Source of the DNA: Dicyema japonicum
Lineage: Eukaryota > Animalia > Dicyemida
Length of the DNA: 64,000 nucleotides
Direction: 5' to 3'
Assembly (NCBI GenBank): GCA_011109175.1
Contig: RDEW01000007.1
Location: forward strand, 495,712-559,711
Positions within the stretch are counted from its first letter, which is position 1. Each line of letters opens with the position of its first letter. This document shows, one piece after another, positions 39,142 to 51,299 of this stretch. Position numbers and translations under genes: made by a program. A model generated the notes under the pieces. It had not been told where the DNA came from and made no database searches. It was given only the letters and a program-made list of their open reading frames with translations.

Positions 39142-39489
39142 GTCTAGCTGGTCGCCATCAACACGATGTTAATTCAGCTACAGGCTAATGTGGCCTCGAG
39201 GGGTAAACACTGTGCCAACATGAAGGGGTTACACAATCAAGATGAAATCTGAATTCCGTGATTAGTTACTCTGTTCCGCATGTTTGGAATTTTTTTCATG
39301 TCATTTCAGGCCTTAAAAAGATGTCGCTAAAGACACAAAAATTTGAACCTCTAAGCATATCACGTGGAGTTTAATAGTTTAGTTTACATTTTCAATAACT
39401 CTACTATGGTGGCCTATTTTCAATTGTTGTCATAGAAACTGATTCTTACTTTTGGTATTATTGTATTTGAGAAAATAAAATCAATAAAA

Positions 39490-40460
39490 TCAATTATTAT
39501 GGCAATGTCTTCATTAGGGCCTGCAGACAAGCAATGGGAGTTCCCCCTCATGATCGGGACCTCAATGTTCTGGAGCATCATCATCTCCCTTCCACAGTCC
39601 TGCAAATCGCCCGATTTACCTACGTACTCAAGACGTCTCATAGGAAATTGGGTGGAATCCTGACCGATCCCTAATGCCACGGTACTTCCTCCATGTATTC
39701 TGCAATTAAAGTCAAACATCCCACATTGTGGTCATGAAGGTTTTTTATAACCACAGAATTCATATTTTTCTCCAATATGAAACTAAAGCAGAATGCATTT
39801 TTTGTAAAAAAACTGCACCTTCAAGCTGTTCGACAACTGAGTCAATACTAATCAATATTGATCATTAAATGTAATTAGTGGCTAATCGGTCTGAAGGTTG
39901 AGCTCATCTTCTCGAGGTGGACACAACATCTTGACCCTCTTCTTAATGGAGTCGGGAGACATGGTAGCCAGATTTTGAAGTAAGGAAGCATCGGACGCAT
40001 TATGCTGGGTTCGATTCTTGCATAGACAAATAGGAACTTGGATGAGAACCGTCGGCCCTGATCTTTACGGCACGATAATCTGGGGAAGGTAGCCTGGTGC
40101 TCGTCCCGTAGCCACTACCAAGCAAACTATTTTGGTAGTTGTTCGGTAAGGGAGAGAAGTAATTCTCCTGCCTTCTAGACGACTACAAGACGGACAGTCT
40201 TTTTCTTGCCCTGGCCTATTTCTGGGCCACAAAGACAGGAACCTCAATAGTATACACAACCTGGACGAGATTGCGCTTCCAATCTCAAGGAGAACACCTA
40301 TGGTGACACAACCGAAGTCTCCGATGCAATTGGGAGAAAACGAAAGCGGTCCCCAAGCGCATAATATTTAGCCAGCTTCCCACTTTCAGTTGAGTCAGTG
40401 GTAGGACGGTCTGAGTTAGTACTGGGAATCGTATTCGTCATGGAAAAGGTATCAAACAAG
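39490..40460 (-). mobile_element. Two CRE-clade 3' remnants (about 39490-39630 and 40240-40460)
   Basis: LQNIEVPIMRGNSHCLSAG; ESGKLAKYYALGDRFRFLPIASETS. Confidence 0.65.
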
Positions 40461-41011
40461 TAAACCCTATACGAGAGAGTCCTTTGGCAAATGTAAAGAA
40501 GGCTTATCCAATGTTGAGTGTCACAGCTTGTCACATTAAACAACGTGGGTTTATTGTCAATTCAGATATTATGGCTCATAAATGATAATATGTCATTTTA
40601 ATGTAAATTGTGTCAAATTATTTTTGAATCTCAAATAAATTAAAATTAACCTCGGAATGTCAGAAAATATAATATTTCGTCAAATAGGTCAAGAAACGGT
40701 ATTTTATAAAATCATATAAAGAAATTTTGGCAGGTTTCACGCGATTCTGCAAGGAACTGGGAAACCCACTTGGAGGGAAGTTATCCATGTGGAGGAATTC
40801 AGATCAGTTTTGGAGAAAAACACCCCGATCGGGTTCTTTTGTAGAATTTGGAGGAGAAACTTCCGGAAAACGTCGGAATCGTTAGGGGACCACTAGAGGA
40901 GAGTCATCGAATTACTCGATGCTGTGATCACTTAATTAGTTGGCTTTGACACCTTTCTCAGTGATCTTGGGGTTTCTTAAAAGGAGTCTTTAAAGTCTGG
41001 TTCGTAGATCT

Positions 41012-41070
41012 AATGGCTTTGTGGTTAGAATTTCATTCCTATAACCCGTGTTCGATTCCCCCCGCAGGTT
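41012..41070 (+). repeat. tRNA-like SINE head
   Basis: A-box TGGCTTTGTGGTTAGA and B-box GTTCGATTCC; no complete cloverleaf. Confidence 0.5.
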
Positions 41071-42011
41071 ACTTGATCAAAGGTTTTTTTCCTTCCGTCG
41101 TTCAAGTAGCGTTACGTCATGCGATCTACCTGTGTCAGCAGACATCAGAAAGGATCGTTAGCTTTCCCCGATTTAATGAATGTTTCGTGAAGGGTCCCCA
41201 AGCTATGGTTCTGGATTAACATTCGGCTTGGAAGGACGGTTTCTCTGACTGCGACCTATTAAGTTATATAGTGGAATTAATGAAATTCAAAATAAGCTTA
41301 TATAGGTTATTCACACGAATCGCTGAAAATCACCCTGATCCCCCCTCTCTGCAGACTTCTTATTCCCACATTCAATGGCATGTTTCGCAGCTACCACATA
41401 CCAGCTGGTTGGGATAGATAAAGTCTTCATCAGACACTTTTATTCCAACTTCCGCTCTCAGAGCGCTCTTGGTGAGTAATTCCCACTCAGGATAAATGTT
41501 CCCCGATGACTTTACAGTAAAACTTATTGAAGTTGTTAAAAATCAGGTCAAAGCATCCCCCAAATTCCTAATATTTCGACAGTCTCCTCATAAATAATCC
41601 GGAATTTTAAAATTAGTGAACTCGAAAAATCTTGTAGCGCATTATAAAAGTGATAAGACAAGGGGTCATAGTGTTGTATTTGACTACAAACAACCACAAC
41701 ATATTACAACTCCAAATGATGATAAAAATGACTATCAGTTACGTTTAGCTTAACAAAAAATAATTAAATTATATTACTTGGCAAATTGTAAATAATTTTA
41801 TTAAAATATTATTATAAATAAAATAAATTTAAATTTATTAAAATAATAAAATATTTGAAAAACTGCAGATCCTTTCACTGCATCGTGTCTTGTATGTCTT
41901 TTTATTTATTTATTTTATTTAAGGAAATTACGCAATAAAATGTGAAATATGTAATATTTTTTTATATAATTAATAATATTTCTCACCAAAACATTATTAG
42001 GTAAATTTAAA

Positions 42012-43776
42012 ATGGATTCCGAAAACCCTATCAGTCAATTAAAGAATCCTTGCGTTCCCTTCGATCCACCACCCGATAAGAAATACCCACTAACAAACAA
42101 ACTCATTTATATAAAAAAGAATGTGATCCATTCAGTAATCAAACACAACGTGTCCTGGCCATTTAGAAAACCAGTGGACGTCATTGGCCTCAAACTTATC
42201 GTATCCTTCAGCTATATTTCAGGATTATTACAAAATAATAAAGAATCCAATGGACTTGACTACAATTTACAAACGACTAAACAGTGGTTGGTACAAGAAT
42301 TCCTCAGAGTGCGTGGATGACTTCAACCTCATCATTGAAAACTGCCTCACTTACAACAAACCCAACGAGGTTGCTTATTTCTTACATTCCAGGATGTCTC
42401 TAGAATGGCGGAAGTACTAAGAAAATACTTTTATGAGAAAATGTTGAAGATCCCCCAAGAAGTTTGCTTTATAGTCACCCCATAGGAGTTCGTTGTCACC
42501 CCGGGAAAGAGGAAGGAACCAACTGCTGACTCCGACTCAAAGTCCCCTGCTAGTAAAAAGGTACTACTCCCCTCATTTCAGCCGGTCAAACGAGTGAAGG
42601 GACAGAGTACCATTCAGAAGAAATGTTTTGACGTCATTTACGAGCTATTTGACATTCGGCATGCTGTATTTGGTTTGCTGACTACAGGACTTTATGAGTA
42701 ACTTTTACAATTGGCCTGAGGCTGGAGGAATCGGAGTGGCATATTCAAGCAATCTAACTGAAGTAAAGAGACATGTTGAGAATTTGGACTACAACTCCTT
42801 CAATGAGTTTGTTACGGATGTTATGAACATTTTGAACAGGATCAGAACCATTTGTAACCCCGAACTGGCTCCTAAGGTGTCAAAGTTCAAAGTAATGGTT
42901 GTCCTCACTTAGTGTCTTTTTGATGAGATTTTGATAAACGTGGGGATTCAGCATACTAATGAGGACAGCTTAGAACGTGCTTACGACGCCCTGTTGGAGA
43001 GAGTGAACAGACTGGAAGAACAGGTTAGCGAACTCAGAAGGAGTGGAGTTCTCGATGCTTTAAAGCCCACTGTCGAGAAAACAGCGGAGAAGGCTAACAG
43101 TCAGTCTCGTAGAACTCCTCAAAGCAGTCCTCAATGATTAAGAACACTGAGCCTAGCAGGTTGAGGGATTACTGATTGTAGAACTGAACAGTCTGGGGAT
43201 GAGGAAGACGTGTACACATATGATGAAAAGAGGAAGCTGAGTTTTATAGTGACCACAAAACTGCCTGGTTGGGGTTATTTGTTATTTTAGGTGATGAATT
43301 GATTAAGGTGATTCAAATGGTGAAGGAGAAAGAGCCTGAGACTGGGAGATTGAATGAGACTGGAGAGTTTGTGTTTGACTTCCAAGCAACTGAAGACGTC
43401 AACAATCAGACAGATAGAACAACAGGCCAATGACTACATGAGAAGGGCTGAAAAGAGTCTGACGAGTGGAGCAAGTATTGTTGAATATGTAGTCCTCAGA
43501 TAAGAGAAAGTACTCTGACAAGTTCAACCAAGAGACAATTGTTGAGCGAAAGTTAGAACTTGAGAGAGAATTGGATGACGTCAAGAATAGTTTGGGGCCG
43601 AGTTCTCGAAAGCCTCGTAATGAGTCTATTTAGTTGAAGGTCCGTCTGAGAACTCAGTGACGGAGACGACGGCTGCTGAGTATCGTCAACCCTTGGAGAG
43701 ACTGAGTGATGAATCAGATGAGTCGACAGCATATGAATCTGATTATGGTGGATGGATTTGTGTTAATGTGGCTTAA
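42012..43776 (+). CDS. BET-family bromodomain protein (BD1, degenerate BD2, coiled coil, ET domain), 11 micro-introns
   Basis: TNKLIYIKK..SWPFRKPVD..|DYYKIIKNPMDLTTI.KRL..NCLTYNKPNE|DV; ET domain TYDEKRKLS..LPG|DEL..EFVFDF-KQLKTSTIRQIE; RKLELERELDDV. Two GC-AG introns; one extra base at 43380-43386. Confidence 0.93.
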
Positions 43777-44029
43777 TTCAAATTAAACTTGTATATGTGT
43801 TTCATTAATTTACTTTGGTTTATTGATTATTTGCCACTCCTACTATACTCTACCACTCATTCCTACTATACTTCTGTTTTGTATTTCTCGTACGAGTAGT
43901 ATTGATAGTTCGATATCTATGAATTTGTCATTTAGTGGTGACAATTCTAAGCGTTTGGGTGTCGTCTTTCGATAAGCTTTTCTCATCTACAAGGTCACGG
44001 ATTTATTGTAATGGGGTTGGTGAGCTAAT

Positions 44030-46900
44030 AGAGAAAAGTATTAGCTAAGTGATCATAGACCGGCAAAAGGGAGGTGGAACCATGCGGGGACGGGCATTTT
44101 GAACCACTCTCCACAGCGGGCTTGGTTCTTCTCGTATCTCGGATGGTTGTTGAGGTATTCGATAAGGGTGTCGTAGAGGGAGGTACCTGGTAGCTCATCA
44201 AGAACTTTCGTTGTTATTCTAGGACTGTTTCCAGAAGTATGATGAATTCGAGTTTGGATCTGACCCTTTTGGCAACTTGCTAAGTCAGTGTCAATTAAAC
44301 AGGCTGTAGATTAATGGAGAGGTACTCAGGGTTGTTTTCAAGAGTTTTGAATCGTCATCCTTTGTCGTTACTGTCACCCGAATTCCACATGCTTAGAGAA
44401 AGAGAATCCCTCGTCAAGCATGACTCCCATGATGTTAGGCGTGGCATTATGTTATCAAGGAGGATTTTCTCGAGCGACAACAACTCTGCCACTGGTCACA
44501 TTCACCCTTATCCCGAAGAAGGGCGTATGCCACACCCTGTTGTGACATCTTCATTTATTATTAAAGGGGGTATGTTATCTTGGTCAACTAATTAGGATCA
44601 AAGTAGCAATTCAACCCAATTGTCGACATAGTCACTAATCGATTTCATAAATTTATGAAATTATCATGAAATCGATATCTTAAGTCTTAGCCACCTGGGT
44701 TTCTCTTTGATCCAATTTTTTGGGGTTGACTGCGGGGGTGAGGAAAAGACCTGATTGGGGTGATAGTTTTCCCATTTTCCCATGGAAGATATCTATTTAG
44801 CCTAAATCGCCTTCGAAACCTCTGGGGTTGAATGAATCGGTAAATTGGGAATCTAATCACGATGCGACTCAGAGACTGCCGGGGACGGAGATGGTTCTCA
44901 CAACGCCTTGTAATCGTACGTTTTCCTCTAGGTCGTCCGCTGTTTTCAGTTGTCCCCCAAAATCACGATCTGGACAGAGGAGGTGTATTTCTCAGGGAAG
45001 CCCCCAATTACACCTTGGTTGAAAAGCCTCCATAACAAGGTTGCACAATCTCCAAGGTAGAATGTCTCCAAACAGTCGCCAACGTGATTCTTTCATTTCC
45101 TCGCTTAATATGCGAGTTAGTAAAAAAACTTCCGCGTTTATAATGAGCGAATGAACACTTAGCTTCGCTTCTTCCGTACTCCCAACTATCCTTTTACAAG
45201 TTTCTTTGATGTAGAATACACATACTGGGAGTACTATAGAGACATTAATAGAGAGGTATCAACCACTCAACCAACAAAATATGACTCATGTGACCAGATG
45301 TATCTTGGACTAGTTTTGTCCATTAATAATACTCCACAGAGCCATGTAGCTCCACCAGGCAGGACGATCCGGTTCCGCAGTGAGATGTTCACTGATGACG
45401 ACGTCACACGTCGAGCAAATGCAGGGAGGGAAGAGAAATTTCAACTAATTAGCCACATAACATCATATTTCGACATGCGGAAAAAAACACACGTGATTCC
45501 CAGAATTTTCTGGTGTGTGCCAAATGGGATTTGAGCATTATCCACTTTTAGCTCTACCCTTCGTCTCCTTAGTCGGAAGTGAATAAAAACAACTCAGCAG
45601 AGTAAGTTCCTTAAGCAGTTTTTGATTGTACAGTCGATAGAATCGATCAATCAATACAAGCACTATGGAGTGTCTCCAATCGTCTCAAAACTAAAGAACT
45701 TTTGCTCGATCGACAACGAAAATTCGCTTGGACGGACGACCTCCCGAATAGCTCTCAATGAGAATTCTTTCTGGAACCTTGAAAACCCCCAAGATATGAG
45801 CTGACATGGAGACTAGTTAGAAGACCAGTACAGAATGCCCGTCTTTGCCAATATCGGCTTCCCATTGTCGGTATGGGGTCACTTAGTTAGCTGATGCTAT
45901 TCCTTTCTCTTTAACCCACTGATCTGGGGCAATAAATAATACAATCTATAATCATACACTCAGGTACCCCATTCTTGTCCGAATTCTTGCAGTCGAACCC
46001 TTAACTTTTCATTTATCCGATGATTAGTCTTCCACGTCACCCATGTAGGAAAGTCCAAGAAGATACCGTTGACGGACTCCCAGTTATTCCGTCTTGGATC
46101 AGCCTGAGCACTAAGATGTCTTAGGTCGGTTAGTCAGAGTCACTTTATTAGTGAAGTAACCCGTAGTATCTAATTTTCTGTGTTGGATATTTCTCCACAT
46201 TTTTTCTAGTAGACATAAGCAAGTAAGGGTCATAATCACAGGAAAACAACTTAAAGGACGAGTCCTCCATTGGCGTCTCGATATTGAAGGTAACTCTGTC
46301 TACTGAGTGGTTGTCATTCTTAAATAAACCCATAAAGAGCCCAATACGTTGCATTTACTATTTAAGACTAAATCAGATGGGTCATCTGGAAATTTCCTCT
46401 TTACAGTCCCAAGATCCTCAGTGAATTGCAATAGGGAGAGAGTTCGAGGACGTCTGCGGTATCCACAGCTGCTCTTGAGGTAAGTTTTTTGGAATCCTGA
46501 TTTTCATCAGCGACCGTAGCTGATTTTCTGCGGTCATCTGGAAATGAGTAAGCAAAGTGAAATCATAATACTCACGAACACGTGGAATGCAATAGAGTCT
46601 CAAAGACTCGTCCAAGTCCTTCCAAATTGTACTTAGCGCTCCTCCAGGCGGGGGTTGGAACCCATACATTGGTGCATTCGATGCTTATTTATTTCAAAAA
46701 ATCGAGTTTCAGGTGGATCCCACGTTCATTAAGAAGGGGGATGAGAGGTTATATCCAACTTGAGGAGATGAGAACAATAAGTGTACTAAAGCTAGGACAG
46801 AGTGCATTAGATCAACCTTCCAACCAATTAACCACTAGGACAAAGAAAATTCATACGCGAATAAACGTCAAAACTAACACACCGTAAGGATAATTTAATC
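44030..46900. mobile_element. Mixed LINE/SINE debris
   Basis: LINE end motifs at about 44040 and 45875, SINE box at 45360-45420, motif at 46810; only broken ORFs. Confidence 0.4.
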
Positions 46901-47084
46901 AGGGGGTGAGCACGACAGGAAGACAAAAATATCGTTTAAAAATTTAAATTTTAAGAATTAACCTTTTAATTACAAATTATTGATTTTCTGTTGAATTGAA
47001 AGTGTTGCGGGCCAACTAGACTATGCGCAAATAATTTAATACATAATTGATTGCATTTTATGGCGGTTTGTTTTTGTGAGGATA

Positions 47085-47354
47085 ATGTCGGATAGGAAGG
47101 CTGTTGTCAGGCATGTTGATATGTCCGAGTCCATGCAACAGGATGCCATAGATTGTGCGACAAAGGCACTGGAGAAGTACAACATTGAGAAGGATATTGC
47201 TGCCTATATCAAGAAGGAATTCGACAAGAAGTATTCCCCTACATGGCACTGTATTGTTGGGAGGAACTTTGGGAGTTACATTACTCACGAAACAAAGAAC
47301 TTCATTTACTTCTACTGCGGGCAGGTTGCTGTCCTTCTTTTCAAATCTGGTTAA
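47085..47354 (+). CDS. DYNLL: Dynein light chain LC8 (89 aa, no introns in the CDS)
   Basis: [60 protein letters not shown]. Confidence 0.98.
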   Translation: MSDRKAVVRHVDMSESMQQDAIDCATKALEKYNIEKDIAAYIKKEFDKKYSPTWHCIVGRNFGSYITHETKNFIYFYCGQVAVLLFKSG

Positions 47355-47791
47355 CTAATTTTTTCTAACACTGGCTTTCTAATAAATTTTTTTTGATTTA
47401 CTGTCATTCGGTTTAAAGTCTGAGTCTTTCTACTCTCCTAGACTCGTCCAAGTCACCCAAGTTTGGCTCAATTACTTGTGTGACCTCAGCCGACCGAGAG
47501 ATGCGGCTATTTATTAAGAGAGAGACAATGAGGTGATTTCTTCATCTTCCCTGGTACTCCTATTGGATACCAAAGACCCTGTACTTTACGCCACCATGTC
47601 AGATGCACGTGAGAGATGTATAATTCTATTAAATAATTAATTTTTGTTAATAAATTAATATTTTAAATTTTATAAAATTTACTTGAAGGTTGAATTTAAC
47701 CAGAAAAGGGCATTTGATGTTACGGAACGATGGAATTGTAGAAACGTCCTCTCTCCAATGCCTCTGGAATTTATAATCTATAAGAACCAAT

Positions 47792-50752
47792 CGCGCTTAA
47801 TTACCGTTGCCCATTCTATCTTGGTACTTTCAACACTCGAGGCTTGAAGTTCATCACCAAAAAACATCAACTCGCACGTGATTTATCTATCCATGGTGTC
47901 AGTATTTGCTGCATTCAAGAGACAAAGATTACAGCATATTCTATTACGAAATTGGATGATTACTACATGATCACTTTGGACTCTGACTGCCGACATTATG
48001 GTCTTGGATTTGCGGTTCACAGGGATCTTTACGACCGTGTGACACGCGTATGGGCTGTCTCGGATCGTATTGCAGTCATGCAACTGAAGTTTGGAACAAA
48101 GCCCAACTCTGTTATTTCTATCATCAATGTTTATGCTCCGACCGCTGTCCGGGCTGATGCCAATCCTGAAGAACTTGGTGCGTTTTACTCATGTTTGACA
48201 GGGACATATGACTCACTTTCGTCGTCATATCTGACGTTTATTGGTGGAGACTGGAATGCCAGAGTTGGTAAAGTACGGAATGGGGAGACTTGTATTGGAT
48301 CACATGCTCGGAATCGTCGAAATTCCTCTGGTGTCTCATTGGTTCAATTCTGCGAATCCTACAACTTATTTATTACGAACACTGCTTTTGAACACCCAGC
48401 AAGACATAAAACTACCTGGACTGGTTCACGAAAGGACAAAAATGGCAACTTGATTAAAATATATAATCAAATTGATTATATCTTGTGCAGAAGAAGGAAC
48501 AAAAACCTAATACGAAACTCGAGATCATACGATGGGCTTGAAACATCAAGTGATCACAAATTGGTGATCACTCGGTTCTCTTTGGGAAGTTTGTACAAAC
48601 CTGGAAGATATGGAAAAACGGAATTCGAAAGATTGGATACAGAAACTCTAATAAGCAATGAAATAAAGATGAAAGAGTATGGCGAAAAACTCAGAAAGGA
48701 ATTAAGCAAGATGAATACAAACAATAGTGCACAGGATTTGTGGAATGACGTTGGAGTTGCAATGAAGAATACCGCGTCGTTGGTTTTGGGGACTACTCAC
48801 AAAAACAAATTCAAATATAACAACGAAGAAATATCATACTTATCTTCAGAACAAAAGAATTTGAGGATTAGAATTAATAATTCAAATATACCGAGTCTAA
48901 AAAAAGAGCTAAGGATAGTTCGTAACTCAATTTTAACAAAAATCAAAAAACTTCAAAAATATCAAGTAAAAAAGGAAGTGGAGGAACAGGTCGATGAAAT
49001 CAAGAAATATAAGAACGGATCCAAAATGTTCAAAGCCATTCGGATTATTAGCAAAAAGAAACGACCAGGGAATATTGTTATTCACGACCAACATGGACGA
49101 TCAGTATTGAATGTTATTGAAAAGGCGAACATAGTCTCTTCACACTACTATGACATCTTTAACAATCAAGAAATTGAAAACAAATCTCCAATAACATCAA
49201 CGGCTCCTCTTAACTGCCCCATTATTATCGCGGAAACTATCAAGGCAATAGGAAAACTAAACTACAGGAAAGCGGCTGGTCCTGATAATATACCTGCAGA
49301 GTTAATAAAATGTGGACCCACTGAATTGGGTGAAATAATCACCATCATACTCAATAAAGCATTTGAAGACAAAAACGATCTTGGAATTGGGAGAGGATGG
49401 CTAATTCCAATACCAAAACCTGGGAAACCTAGAGGTCCCGCAAACAGTCTAAGACCAATAATTCTATTATCGGTCTTACGGAAAACCCTCTCTATCATTG
49501 TATTAAATCGAATCAAAGGGAAAGTCGACAAATTCTTATCGCCTGGACAAAGCGGTTTCAGGGAAAAAAGATCAACCGCCGACATAGTATGGACGCACAG
49601 ATGGTCTGGCGCTATATGTCAGAAATACAAAAAATGCATAGAAGTTCTGGGGATCGACATGAGTCGTGCATTCGACTCTGTACACAGGGGACTACTTATT
49701 AACATTCTGAATACATTTCTAGACACGGATGATGTTAGAATTATTTCCTTGCTCCTAGAAGATACTCACCTGGCTGTCAAAATCGGAAATACCGCTTCCA
49801 ATTTTTTTAAAACCACTCGGGGAGTTCCACAAGGGGATTCGTTGTCTCCTATTCTATTTATTATTTATCTTGAGGCTGCACTGAGGGATTTCAGATTATC
49901 CATTAAAGGACAATATTATGAGTTGATTTACGCAGACGATCTGGACTTTGTATCGGATGATTCTGAATTTCTCAAGTACATAAACGAACATCTTCCTAAC
50001 ATTTTCCAAAAATGGTTCTTGAAGATAAACACTGACAAAACGGAATTTACATCATTCAGCCGTGCAGAGAGGATATCCGACGAGACGTGGAGAAGACATA
50101 AGAAGGTCGGATCGCTCTTGGGGGACGAGGAAGATGTAGCTCGACGGAAAATCCTTGCATCTGGTGCTTTCAGAAGCCTATCTAAAATATGGAGTTCGGG
50201 AAGAAGACTTTGTGGAAAAATAAAGCTTATGATATACAAATACTTTGTTGTGCCCATCCTAATATATAACTGTGGGACATGGGGTTTGTCTAAACGGGCA
50301 ATGGAGTCTATTGACAGTTTCGACCGCAGTATGCTTCGGAAGGCACTTAATATTCACTACAAAATGAAGATCAAAAACGAACAATTATATAAGTTGAGCA
50401 AAACAGAACCATTATCCATGGAAATCAGAAGATCGAGATGGAGACTGTTCGGTCACATTCTGAGGATGGACCTGGATGTCCCGGCAAATCACGTAATAGA
50501 TGAATATTTCATGGAAAAAACAAAATCATTCCGAGGAAGGCCTAGAACAACCTTACCTATCACGCTAAATGAGGACCTAAAAGCCATAGGCAGGGAGTTG
50601 AAAACAATGGATGACCTCTATGAACTAAGAGATCTTGCGAAACGTAGAGGCCTTTGGATGCGATTGGTGCAAAGGGTGGCCGGCGCGGCACAAGGGAACC
50701 TTAATTGACTTTTGTTTTTTTATGTGTTCTCGGCAGGTTGATAATAATAATA
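47792..50752 (+). mobile_element. Young, slightly 5'-truncated RTE-clade LINE
   Basis: 12-bp TSD ATAAGAACCAAT at 47780-47791 and 50753-50764; (TAA)n tail; single uninterrupted APE-RT ORF. Confidence 0.93.
47844..50708 (+). CDS. RTE ORF: AP endonuclease plus reverse transcriptase
   Basis: GTFNTRGL (just upstream, in frame), CIQET, GDWNA, IDYIL, SDH, RPIILL, QSGFR, AFDSV, GVPQGDSLSP, YADD, WRLFGHILRM, RGRP. Confidence 0.95.
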   Translation: MKFITKKHQLARDLSIHGVSICCIQETKITAYSITKLDDYYMITLDSDCRHYGLGFAVHRDLYDRVTRVWAVSDRIAVMQLKFGTKPNSVISIINVYAPTAVRADANPEELGAFYSCLTGTYDSLSSSYLTFIGGDWNARVGKVRNGETCIGSHARNRRNSSGVSLVQFCESYNLFITNTAFEHPARHKTTWTGSRKDKNGNLIKIYNQIDYILCRRRNKNLIRNSRSYDGLETSSDHKLVITRFSLGSLYKPGRYGKTEFERLDTETLISNEIKMKEYGEKLRKELSKMNTNNSAQDLWNDVGVAMKNTASLVLGTTHKNKFKYNNEEISYLSSEQKNLRIRINNSNIPSLKKELRIVRNSILTKIKKLQKYQVKKEVEEQVDEIKKYKNGSKMFKAIRIISKKKRPGNIVIHDQHGRSVLNVIEKANIVSSHYYDIFNNQEIENKSPITSTAPLNCPIIIAETIKAIGKLNYRKAAGPDNIPAELIKCGPTELGEIITIILNKAFEDKNDLGIGRGWLIPIPKPGKPRGPANSLRPIILLSVLRKTLSIIVLNRIKGKVDKFLSPGQSGFREKRSTADIVWTHRWSGAICQKYKKCIEVLGIDMSRAFDSVHRGLLINILNTFLDTDDVRIISLLLEDTHLAVKIGNTASNFFKTTRGVPQGDSLSPILFIIYLEAALRDFRLSIKGQYYELIYADDLDFVSDDSEFLKYINEHLPNIFQKWFLKINTDKTEFTSFSRAERISDETWRRHKKVGSLLGDEEDVARRKILASGAFRSLSKIWSSGRRLCGKIKLMIYKYFVVPILIYNCGTWGLSKRAMESIDSFDRSMLRKALNIHYKMKIKNEQLYKLSKTEPLSMEIRRSRWRLFGHILRMDLDVPANHVIDEYFMEKTKSFRGRPRTTLPITLNEDLKAIGRELKTMDDLYELRDLAKRRGLWMRLVQRVAGAAQGNLN

Positions 50753-51299
50753 ATAAGAACCAATGGACGTACACGTGAAACTACAAGAATCCAGTTATAC
50801 GGACGATGTGTGACTATGTGAGGTCGATGGAGGTGTATCAGGCCTGATGAGGAATATGTCGAGATCACGTGAAAATTTAGTTTAACATTACCGTAGTCAT
50901 TCAAATTTTTCATTCCAGTCCCTTAAACAAAATCCTGTTCAAATACCATGAAACCTACTTAAAATAAGAGGTGGCTACATGCTCTATAAAAGGGTAATAC
51001 AGAGTGCCCGTCCCTGTCAGTCTCGTCCTCCTCCTTGTCGGTCCGGGATCACTTAGTTATTTAAGCTCTTTGTTTCCCTTTAACCCGGTGATCCAGTGGC
51101 TAAAAAATTCACGTTTTTGTGGATAGTTTTCAAGGTCTTTGGCGTCTTTGAGGCGTCTCTTGATTTTCTTAAGTTTTTCTTCAAGGACACTTGCTCATTG
51201 ATTAGAAACTGGTGACGTAGCTCTGTGCACTATATGGGCTTACTACAGTTTAGCAGTTATTTGGTCAGAATGTTGGGGTGGTGACGTACCCCCATTGCA

